DNA of 63,528 bases, filler included, from Choristocarpus tenellus KU-1152 (taxonomy: Eukaryota; Protista; Phaeophyceae): the NCBI GenBank assembly GCA_964200185.2. It is 8 parts of 8 records of this genome, joined end to end, with 100 filler letters (N's around TTAATTAATTAA, not from the genome) between each part and the next. Parts side by side here need not be neighbours in the genome. Positions count along the whole stretch, not along the records: positions 1 to 27,010 come from CAXNAD020000158.1; 7 more parts are not named here. One strand, written 5' to 3'. A program made the translations under genes and the position numbers. The notes below the pieces were generated by a model that was not told the origin of the DNA, made no database searches, and saw nothing but the letters and a program-made list of their open reading frames with translations. Each line of letters opens with the position of its first letter. Position 1 is the first letter of the stretch. This document shows, one piece after another, positions 12,201-24,200 of this stretch.

Positions 12201-15200
12201 AGGTATCCGAACTGATGGAAGATTCACCTTAGTTGTTCGTTTTATGATTCAATAATTTCAAAGGAACATCATCTTTAAAAAGAAACCCCATCATTTAAAA
12301 AATAGCATGAATCAATAAAATTCAACTCAATTACTAAGTAGCACCACCGTGTATAACAAATGATGCCACCCCCCCCCCCCCCCAACACCACCGAATTGTC
12401 CACTCACACCCCCCCCCCTAACACCCCACTCAACCCGANNNNNNNNNNAAAAAAAGACCTGAACCCAAAAAATTCCACCCCATTCCCAAGTGGCCCCCCC
12501 GTGTATAACAAATGCTGCCCCCCCCCCCCCCCCCCAGAAACAGTAGATTTGTCATGCATCAACCCCTATCTTAACTCACTTTTGCAGAGGTTCCAATTGA
12601 ATAAAGAACTGGCTACTGAGACTAACAAAATATATTACTATCAGTATTAGGTATTACATGGTAGCTCTATAAACTACCGTACATGCAGAAACAAACACAT
12701 ACAAATGTACTCAGAAAAATATACCAGTATGAGCAGTTTAATGGTACTTAGATGTTGCATACTTAAATAAAATGTCTTTTTAATGCAGGGGATTATGCTC
12801 AACTGCTGCAGCACCCATCCAATATCAATACTTCAAAGTCTACATCATTGTTTTACTATTTTCATTCTTTGAGGTTTGGCCATCCAGTTCTCACTTCTTT
12901 TGCTCCCTCTAATATAAGTCCACTATTTGATTAAATTATTCACGAAGCTCTACCTTGGGTTGGGGCACTGCTGGACTCCAATAGCATACTCGACTCATGT
13001 ATTGAGGTTGCCGCCAGATGGTAAGTAAGGGCCAGCAAGCCCATGAGGACCAACGGTGCAATAGTAGCCATGCTGATAGCATATCAAGGACAACACAAAG
13101 TAGAATATGCAATATGCACAAGAATTAGTACGGGGGTCAAGCTCGTTGTTAGGAGGTGCATTGTAGACTATGATTATTTTCATGGTAACTTGAGGGCAGA
13201 TCGTACTGAAAAGTAAATTATGCTATTGCCAACCTGACAGATATTGAGAATAGATCATTTCTTACAAAATACAAGCAATAACAGATGATGTACAAATGCA
13301 TCGGCTAAGAGGTCGTTCGATTTCAAAGGAGATCAAACATGGACTGCGTGTCGTGTCCTATTAAGTCCATTAAGGGACTACATTTGAAGCCATAGCCCGC
13401 GAAAAAAAGAAGCAAGAAGCACCAGAGGAAGGGATGTAGGGGTGAGGAGGACATTTATGCCCCTCTAACTTCAAAGGGTGTAACTAGTGGGTCAATTACC
13501 ACCGGATTGATGAGGCAAGGATGAGTAGAGTGATGTGAGGGAAGGGATATCGTGTTGGGCTGATGGGAAAGGGATATATCCTGTAGGTTCCTTGCCATTG
13601 AAGCTCCAGCAAGAGGAGCCTTAAAAGGATATGCTAGGGAATGGGCTGTCAATATATGGAAGGTGGAAAGGACATTATTGGGATACACACATGAAATCAA
13701 AGTATAGTCCAACGGATTGCCTCCAGCAAGATGCAATTGCTTTGGATAGCATACTATTTGTAAGATTAGGAAAATATCAAACTCTGTCAGTATAGTGTGA
13801 TTATTACCCACAACGTGCAATGTTTCCATGTCAACACAACAGGAGTGGATCCACAACTACTCCCCCCTCTGTCCTGCGTAACCTACTTCCTGGCTGTATA
13901 CAACGTATCTCACAGAAGCTTGTTGTAGAAGTTGATGCTCTGTGTTAGGCATGTTGCAGAAAAAACCCAGCCCAAGTCAAAGTTGATGAGGCTGATCACT
14001 GATAGAAAATCCTCAAAGATGGGAGGGAAGGACACCTGTGTGATTTCCGCAAACTGCAGATGTTTGTTACAACAGTGTATGTGGCAGAATGGAGCAAAAG
14101 AGTAGCAGGAAGTGGGGGTGTGAGGATTGATCCAAAAATGCACAAGGTACAACAGTGCACTTGATTAGTTCTATTGATGAACGATGTGGGAACTTGTCCT
14201 TGAAAACCTCGTTACTGTACCCACACAAGGTCACATTTTGTTCTGTGTTCTTGACAAAAAAAAGAGCGAAATAAAATCACAGGTATGAGGCCATGCAAAC
14301 GGAGAGGCACGATACATGTAATTTGACAAGAAAACATGTGCATTGGTTGCGATCGTATAGCTCTGCTTATTGCACATATTTGTAAAATGAAACAATTGTT
14401 CAAAGCAAAGGATGCAACAAGAGAGGACACATGTAGGTACCAACAAAGTACAACATTAGTCTATAGCAAAACTACAGTCCACTCTATTGGACTGAGTATG
14501 GGTATCTCCTGGCAAATCATCCTCCCAAAAGCGCAGTGTCAAACACACACACCTGGGTGGTAATCTGCCAAACCACTGTCATTATTGTGTCCAGAGAAGG
14601 TGAAGGGAAACATATATAACACAAAACACAACAGTCACAGTGGTTAGTAAGGAGGTGGCAGCAAACGATACATTTCAGACATCCCAGCGATGGAGATGGG
14701 AGGGGGGAGGATAGGGATAAGAAAGGGTGAAGGAGCAGATTCCACGAGGTATAGGAAAGGAGTTGCAGTACTGGCATATAGAACAGATGGTTAACTATCA
14801 TAACCTTCACAGCATCATACAGCACCAAAGACAACCAAACAACACTGTGTTGTGAAAGTAGGCTGGCCAGTTGGCAGGGAATCACCATTTCGCAACAATC
14901 TGTATCACTTCGTGGCAGTACATATCACACTCTCACCCAAGATATAAACCCCCATATCACTGTCTCTCCTTCCCTTTCATGCATACCCAATAAACACAAC
15001 CCAGCCTAATCCTACAGCAGCAACAGCAGCAACCCTCTCCACTACATTTGTTTCCTCATCTGTGTTTTACCCTTATCTTCTCCTACCCTAACCCTAACCC
15101 TAACCCTAACACTAACCCTCACCAATGACAATCTTGATCTTCTGAAAGGGAATTTTTGATAGGAATGCCTGTCCCTTGGACATGGAATCCCTTTTACGTC

Positions 15201-18200
15201 TGCTTTTGTCAGTGGGCATAGTATCAGCAGTACCAGATACACTTCTGGGTGGAGGCAAAACCAAGGAGGAACCAGAAGTGCTCACAGTCTCCACAACAGT
15301 GGAAGAGGATCCCCCAATGGTGCATGATTCCGAGATATCTACAGACGTATCATCTGTATTCTTTTTCATAGGTCCAGTTGTGGCGGACTTCGAAACCTTC
15401 TTGCTCTTACTGATGGACAGAACCGAAGCCTTCCGCTTTATCTGATTGTGAGTGGTCTCCATTGTGGATACCACTGCCACGCCACCTCCAATCTGGTTTA
15501 TAAGGGGAGGAGACCGGGGGACACAAGTGCGAAATGGTAACAAAATCAGGATGTAAAGTGATTTAGGTGGGGTCAATAGTATTGAACAAGCAATATTTTT
15601 TTGTGGTCTGGCTAAGGAGGAGGTGAAAGGGGGGTAGTTGGGAGGGTGAAATAGATCACTTCGAAGTAGTTTCATTGTGCATCTAACTTTGCCACTCACA
15701 AGGTACACTCCCAGAAGGTACAGGATGGCAAGAATCACTAAAGCCAACACCACAAGGAGGAAGTACATGCCACCCTTGAAGTCATTCGAGCACTTGTGGC
15801 ATGTTAGACCTACACCTTGTCCGTAGTTGGATTCACACACAGCACAAACTGCCCGTACAGATATGGAATAAACATGTGCACAATAATGGTTAAAACAATA
15901 ATATGGAATGTAAGTTGTGAGCATATCAGGTTAGCATGCAAATAGAATTCAAATGAGTGTTTGCACATGAGTACATCTGTGTGCTACCAGTACTAGTATT
16001 ACTACGTACTGTATACCGTTGATTAGTTAATAAAATCCACACCAAAGCACTATCATATTATAAGCTTGAGACAGGTACACACATGAACATAAAATATTTG
16101 AAAAATGTACGAGTATAGTGTAGTAAGCAGTACTGCATAACATGCCTTTTCAATTCAAGAGTTGAATGAGTTAGAGTAACTGAGAAGGGTACTGGCAACA
16201 GCATAATGTCCCTCAGACTTCTGGTTGCATCATTTTTTCAGCACTTGGTCCACAGTTGTGAAGTGTCTGTTGGCTGTTTTTTGGGTACGTTTAGTTTGCA
16301 GCAGCAAGACACTACCAAACACAGAAGAGAAGTTTCCTGTTGGACTTGCACTGGATTGAACGTAAAATAGAGTTTTCAACTTACCAATTGAGCAAACAAA
16401 AGTGAAAAAAGTGACTTGACAAGTCACCAACAAGGGCAATGTGTCACTCCCTATGTTTCATATCTTACACAAACACCTCTCTGAACATGAAGAGCTTGTC
16501 AACCGTACTCTCCACCCTACCACAAAGCTATCTCTCTATGTCCCTCCATCATCACACTCTAACCACCTCTTAACCCCCCAGAAGACCATTTGATAAAAAA
16601 TGAAAGTCCATACGCACACAAATGCGATGACAGGAATGTTAAAGGGGTCTTACAGGGTCCACTGTATCCCACTGCACAGTAGTCTTGAACAGATGTTATT
16701 GTTGTATTTCCGATGCAGGCCTCCTATAATTACGCATCACACATTATACATCAGAGAGAAAGCACAGCTATAAGTCAAGGAAAGGACAGCTGAGGGTGTG
16801 ATGGCGCCATCTCTCGTTGATTCAAATCTCTTGAAGGCAGGCCATCGATCATTTTTCATACAATTAACAGGGAAGGCTAATGATTGAATCGTGACCAAAT
16901 CTCAACAGGTATGAGAGCTGTGGTATTTTCAATTAATGGTGCATTCAAAGGAGAAAATACAAGCAAGAAGCATAACCTCCCCTATTTTGTGAGCAAAGTA
17001 CAATGCAAGAAATAATGGACAGGTATGTCGACAGAGAGTTAAAACGTCAAGTCAAAGTGGGATATATATATATAGAGAGAGAGAAAGAGAGCTCCACAGC
17101 AGTACTGTTAGTAGTAATACATCATACTGCACTGCATAGAATGCACACTAAACGAAGTACCCAACAGTGGCACTATGCAATGAAGTGTATAGCTGTGATA
17201 CTCACCTCCACAAAGCACTCCCTCACCACCAATGACTTGTTGCTAGACCTCCAGAACCCACGTCGTATTGGTAATGACGCCACTGTTGAACCTGGTTCAC
17301 TGCAATCCAGTCCCTAAAATGAATAAAAAAGGAGATCCCCACCAAAAAGGAAGCGAGCAACAAAACAATCATTAGCAAGAGTGGTCGAGGAGGATAGTGC
17401 GGGTACATCAGGGTGTATGTGACTTGGGGTGTATAAGGAGGGGATCAGGAGCAGAGAAAAGGGATTGGCAATTTCCACCAAGGATTAATACCTTTACAGG
17501 CACGTTCTTTATAGTTGGTGAGTGGGTAACGAACGACGCAGGGTGGGGTGGAGTACTATGCGGTACATCGGTCAACAAAGGTTGACTCCCCATGCAATGC
17601 ACGGCACACAAATCAAAAGGAAACAAAGCGTCTATATGATGTTCAATGTTATGCTTCAACGCAATTAGAAAATACTTGAAAATATTGTATACAAGTATCG
17701 CTGACCCACAACAAGATGTGTACTCCCCCTAATGTATCTCGTGTCATTTGCTAACCACTCTAAAACAAAACAACTCAAGCAATCACAACTCAACAAATAA
17801 AAATGAGCTGAAGGTTATAACATGGTGCGGTATATCTTCATTCTGTACCAGCCATCCCTGCACCCATTACACACATGTAGAACACACACATGTACACACC
17901 CAACACATACGCACATAGGTCTCACCTCAAACGTATCTGATCCAAGGTCTAGGCAACTCTTGCATTTTGTACCATCCCAGTACTTCTCCTCCTCACAATG
18001 GTAGTACAAAGTCTCTAAAGTGATGACCGCCGGGTTTCCCTCCTCTGCCACCATACTTGTACCAACAGTCACACCAGAGCCTCCATCAGAAACCGCAAGA
18101 GTCCCCACACTCTCACTATCAGTACCATTCGAGGCCACAAAAGTCGTCTCAGACCCACCGTCTACAGAAGAGTTGCCTGTGACTCTGATCTTCATGCTGC

Positions 18201-21200
18201 AGGTACAACAAACGTATTGGGGGAAAAACAGCAGCCAGAGTCAAGCAAAGGCTGTGGGTGAGCTTGTGGATTGAGGAGTACTGTTTAAGCAATTTACAAA
18301 TGAGCGGAAGAGTCAAGGGTTGACAATAAGTGTGCCTGTGAGTAGAGGTTGACAATTACTACTAGCAAGTAATAGTAGTGGATTGACACCTTTTTTTCGT
18401 CTATTTGTCGAATGTGTGTGAGTGTGAGTGCATATTATTTTGGTGTTGACTGCATACATGCATCATGTGGCCCGTATAACATGACTGCTTGGTTTTCACA
18501 TGTGCTCAAAATTGTTCCTCCCATGTACACACTCGCTCGTATATGTATAAAAACGCTAGTTCTTAGTTTCGAAGTGATAGTCCTGTGCCGCAGAACAACC
18601 TATAACCAAACAAATGGTCTTAACACCACTGCAGGACAAAGAGACACCGTTGGCAAATCACAACGCAGGACAAACCCTCCCCCACCCTAACCATATCATC
18701 AAACCGAATAAAATATTCATATTGCAGTTTTCTGGGTTTGTGTGTGCAAGGGGTCCCTTACACTAGAATGATGGATACAGACCTGGAGGATCCTGTTGAG
18801 GAGGGGGGGCATACTGTAGACCATTTGTGAAACTGTGCAAGGCAAATCAGCATGGGGCATTAAGTTGTAGCATCAAACTCGCCAATCACTATGCATGATA
18901 AAAACGTTGAGCTGGGTGGTGTCCTTGGCTCCAAACCAGACTGGAGGAATGGTAGTTGCATTTTAGTTCATAATGCTACAAAGCAATCTGTAGTACCAAA
19001 GAGCACTACCTCTCTCTCACAGTTCGAAGATCAGGTGGAAGGGAGGGTGAGCTCCATAACTAGCGCATGGGGATCATTGTTGTTCGTTATGTGTGCATGT
19101 GTGATTTTCACCTTTTCCCTGGTCGCAGCAGCCCAATGTTGGGGAAAATCTTCCAACTTACAAGATCAGAAACAGAAACCGCAACAGACCACAATGCTGG
19201 TGTGGTTCCCAATGGCCCAGCCGCAACTTCCAAATCTGCTGTTAGTGACTCTGGGAAAAGGGCTTCTACTTTTCCAGTGCTAAATGCTGTCAAGTTCAGA
19301 AGACCAGGACTGTCAAAGCACACCTGATTGGAAGCAGAGGAGGGAAATAGAGGGTACATGTGGGAGGGGGGTAACGTCACAAAAGTAAACCCAGGTCACA
19401 GGTATTCTTTCCAGTTCCCACCCTCGTACATGTAACTCAAATATACATCAAATCAGTACCTTATAGGCCTAACAATAACACAATAAGACAATGATGACTA
19501 ACAATTGAAACTCATAAAAATATCCTCTTAACTCTACCATCCCTCTACATCTGGCCTTACCTCCCCCTCCAGTACAGTGCCTCCACTGTAGCAGTCACAG
19601 TAAACCCCAATGTCACCCTCCACACACACTGAACCACTGCAAAGAGAGCCCCCACCCTCAAATGGCCATGGATCGGTGCAACGAAGGTGGTGGTTCCAGA
19701 ACGCAGCACCCGTACCTTCCACAACTCCCTCTTCAACAAGGTTTTTGTCTGTATCGAGACAAATAGTAGGGAGGGGTATGATGAGGCAAGCTTGGCCAAG
19801 CAATATATTCGTATAATTTTCACTTTGTACCAATAATAGGTGCGGACTTCCAAGTAGATATGTGCCATAAAGGCTGACTGCTTCCTAAACTATATCGTCT
19901 GGTATTTGGAGGCAAGAACAAAGATGAGCTTGATAGACGATGCTTGTAGACTGAAGTTTAATGAGTATACACAAAATGTGCATCCAGCTTTACAGCTTTC
20001 AATGCAATAAAACATGAAAACGCAAGTTGGTAGTGTTGTGAACAGTGGCAGTTTAATTGACTTCAGTTCACTTAATCGGGATAATCGAATATCTGAACTG
20101 AAAAGGTTACAACATTTTGTTGTTTTTTCATTATCACAATACAAGCGGAAGTGTACGTACTGAATATGTCAGAGGTCACAGAACCACATACATGAAAATT
20201 TGTCACAAGGAGTCACTATCCACAACTCACCACACATTTCACATGTCTATGGACTCGGATCTGTCTACTGAGACCTGTGGAGGCTTTGAAGCTTCTTCCC
20301 TCACATTGCCTCGTGAGGCAACAGCTCAATCGAATGAATCAAACATTTTCTACCAAACACAATTGTTTCTAAAATATATTTTCAGTTCACAACACTGCAA
20401 GTTGGGTATTGTTGAGTGTACGATTACAGTAGTTCCTTCAGCCTAACACTAGCCGAAGACCTCCTCCAAAGACCGCAAATACTCACAATTGGTGTCACCC
20501 ATGAATGTATTGCGTATAACCGAGCGGCCCTCTGTACGGGTGAAAACCAGAGCAGGAGCAGAGCACTCACTGAAGTCGCAAGAATCGAGAACCAGGTCGC
20601 CTTCGTTGAAGACCACAGCCTTAAAATCAGGAAATAGAGATAATAACAACGTAGCACAAGATTAGGGTTTAGTGTCAAGTTGGACACAGTAACTGGGGAT
20701 AGGACCCTAAGCTCATCATCTAGACTGGGCTTGTTTGGGCAATCAAAAAGCTAGATATGCTCCATGTTTGCTATGTGCTCCGAGTACAATGAAAAGGTTT
20801 ATATTCAACTCCTGCTTCCGTACAGATCCCCCAATCAGTAGTGTAAGCACTAATGAAAAATACTTTCATGTGCCATAGTGTTTTGTGTTGCACAAGAAAA
20901 TGTTAAAACACCACTCTATCCTCTAGAGTACTTGCAAACGAAAATGACAACATATCATCAGTGTGAACGATAGTCCTAACCCTGACACTTCCCGGACAAG
21001 ACATAATCCACATGAAAACAAAGTATTGCATCATGCATCGAATGAAAAAAGTTCTTGTTCATTTCACAAATTGAGGACCCCCCTCAGCAAAACGTAACTC
21101 GAATGAACATCTAAGAAACATTCACTCTTAAAACAACACAGCGAGCACTGAGAACTTTATAGGTCTCTATGTCTGTACGTATCCATGTATGAAACTCGTG

Positions 21201-24200
21201 AGAAATATCAATAAAAAGTGGAACAGCGTCATGTATGTTTTCCTAGACCCACTGACATTTGACAGATGTTACATGGGAGAAAGAACCAGCATAGGAGAAA
21301 ATACGGCAAACACACAAAAGGAGTCTATACTGTGTACTATAATGGCCTTCTTCTTCGACATTAGGTTCATCTTCCTTGAGAATTTAAACAATCGCCTTCC
21401 TATACATGCATGCACAGACCAAAACGTTTCAAATATACATCAAACATGTCAACTTCCATTAACACGTACACACATGATGTCACATACACCACATCAACAT
21501 TCGACTTTTCTTTTGACATAACTCTCCTACCACCCTCCCACTTCAACCGAGGTAAGTTTTTGAATACAGTACTACTGGAGTCAAGGTACACATACCTGAT
21601 TTTCCACTTCAATGTTCCTGTAAGGAAAATATATATTTAGACAAAAAATGCATACAATCCGAGAACCAGGCCATTGCAGGCCCACTAGTCGCATGGTTGT
21701 TGTAGGCAGTGTGTGGAAGTCATCCTACACAGTCCCACCCATTTCAAGTACAATATTATAGTGTTGGGACTTACACTGCACAGTTTTGAACTGGAGCTCT
21801 AACTCCACATTTTGTAAAACCCACACAAACAGAAAGATATGTGCTGGCACAGATCAGTCAGATGGGCATCCAGGAATGACCCCATTACCAATACCTTGAA
21901 GTTTACAACAGAAGCATCAGCAAGGCCTGTGTCTATGGTCAAACAAATATACTCTCTTCCCACCTATTATTGCTGGTCACAACGTCATGTACCTGCCCAT
22001 CCTACCCTGGTGTCAATATTCAACGACTCAATGAGACTCAGGAAAAAGAACTTGCTCATTACTATTTCTGGTTCTAGCCAATTCACTGACCTCTCCAACA
22101 AAACCTACAAAGGTTGTGTTTCCCACCACAACAATGGAGTCCTCGTCTGCCTGAATGGCAGAAAGATCTTCTGATGCTGTCAAATCATTAAATGTCACCT
22201 GGAAACAGGAGAAAGGGAAGAGGAAAATTCGGAATGTTTCATTCTGGGAAGGAGGCCTAAGGAATTTAAATCTGTATTTCTACTCTGTAGCTGCATTAAT
22301 GCATCAGTCATGCTTCCCAGTATATGCAATAAATGGTTCCACAGAAGTTATGCGTTATGTACTCCTCAAAACATAATGAAACCTGAGACGTCCATCTAAA
22401 CGTTAGAGTGAACTGCTTTGCATATGCACATGAAGGCATAGACATACAAAAGCATAACAACACTACACTGGAGCACATACTTCAAAGTATGTGCACATAG
22501 CACCCCCAGTCCCTACAAGAAGTACCTACTCTGGAGTAATTCGTAGTATGCACACTTAGTTCTCAAAAGCTAGAAATGTCTCAACAGATTCTATTGTTTC
22601 CAAAGGTTTAACACATGAAAAAACACAAGCACACACGAACAACCTACACACGCACACACACATACCTCATTGGCTGTCAAGTTACTCTGCACCACAAACA
22701 TCACGCTGCCCCTAGGTACAGTGTTGCCCACAAGGGAGACCCTTGTCAGATTAACATCTGCATTCAAAATGTACCTTTTGGATATACATACAACAGCATT
22801 GCATTTAACAATGAAGAAACACAAAAGAAAACATAAGGGAACCCATCAGCACATGTACGCAAATGTTCATATGCATGAGGTCAAGCAAAAGGGGAAAAAC
22901 TGAAGGAGGGGGGTCAGATAGGTTGAGAGATAAGGGATAGGAGCACATCTGCAAACTCTACCCTGAGCAAGGTGTCAATGCTGTGTCGCTCATGTGGTCT
23001 TGTGCCAGTCTTGGAGATAGTGAAGGACTACACCTGAAGTTGGTTACAAGTGCATTGTATGCAATACTTTGACTCAAAGCTCAATAATAGTGCGTGTTCT
23101 TTGTTCCTACACCGCAACGATATTGATAGCAACAAATATCAAGAAAATGTTCTTGTGACTAAAGAAGGCAGGGTTTTTAAGATAGATCCCACTCCAAGGA
23201 GAAAACGTAGTGCCCAGCACAACCATTAACATCACTTCCATTCTAACAATTACATCTATTTTCTACACCACAATAACGCAAAAGACTAAAAGACCAGTCT
23301 TATAATAATTCCAATATAGCACTAACAACGATTGCACTACTTCAAGTATTTACCACATCTAATATTCACAAAGTACTTGACAGATGTATGCAGTATATGA
23401 TAATGGCAAACATAGCTCCCAAACCCTCCTCTCCTTCTGTAGCCCCTCACATAGCCCCTCCAAGAATAGCAGAGTTGTTGACACAGTCACAAGCCCAGTC
23501 TGCTCCAGCTTCCTTGAGCGCGTAAAGGGCACCCCCATCAATCGCACTATGGTCCTCAATGACAGCTCCCTGGCAACTGATTCTAGAACCCTCCACATAC
23601 ATGAAGCCCCCAGAGCGCCCAAAGTTATCCCTGAAGACACCCCCCGTGATCTGCAGAGAAATGGCATAGGATTGTTTAAACAGGGCATACGTGCGTGGTG
23701 TGTGGTGATCATCACTTAGTCACAATGTTGGGTAACAGGGTACAACTTCTCACCTGTCTAACTGCATCTCGAAAATGCTTTCATCCTATGAAAAATGATG
23801 AACTAACCCCACAATCTCAATCCTGAATTATGTAAGAGGTATGTGCTGCTTTGTCCTACTACTACCATACACATGCCAACACACCACATACCAAAGAAGA
23901 TCAAACACCAAGCGCACAACAGTCTGGTAACAACACCAAAACACCCTCTTGAGAGCTGGATACGGAATACAATGTAAGCAACAAAATTCAATTTTGAATA
24001 CTGTATAGATATAACTATGTAAAGATGTGGTCTGTTCACCACTTGCTTAAGATTAATGAACCTCTTGTTCAAGCACTACAAGGTCTAACCTAACGATAGC
24101 TATGCTGTAATACAAACATCAATATCATTCAATATCAAGCCTAAGGCCACAAAATTCTGCTACGTTTTCCTGTTCTACACAAAACATTACAGAGCTCAAA

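Noticed and set aside
12349-12535. Direct repeat around poly-C and a Pro-rich ORF (12360-12650)
   Set aside because: Flanks a 10-N gap with noisy C/A-rich sequence; typical homopolymer read failure.
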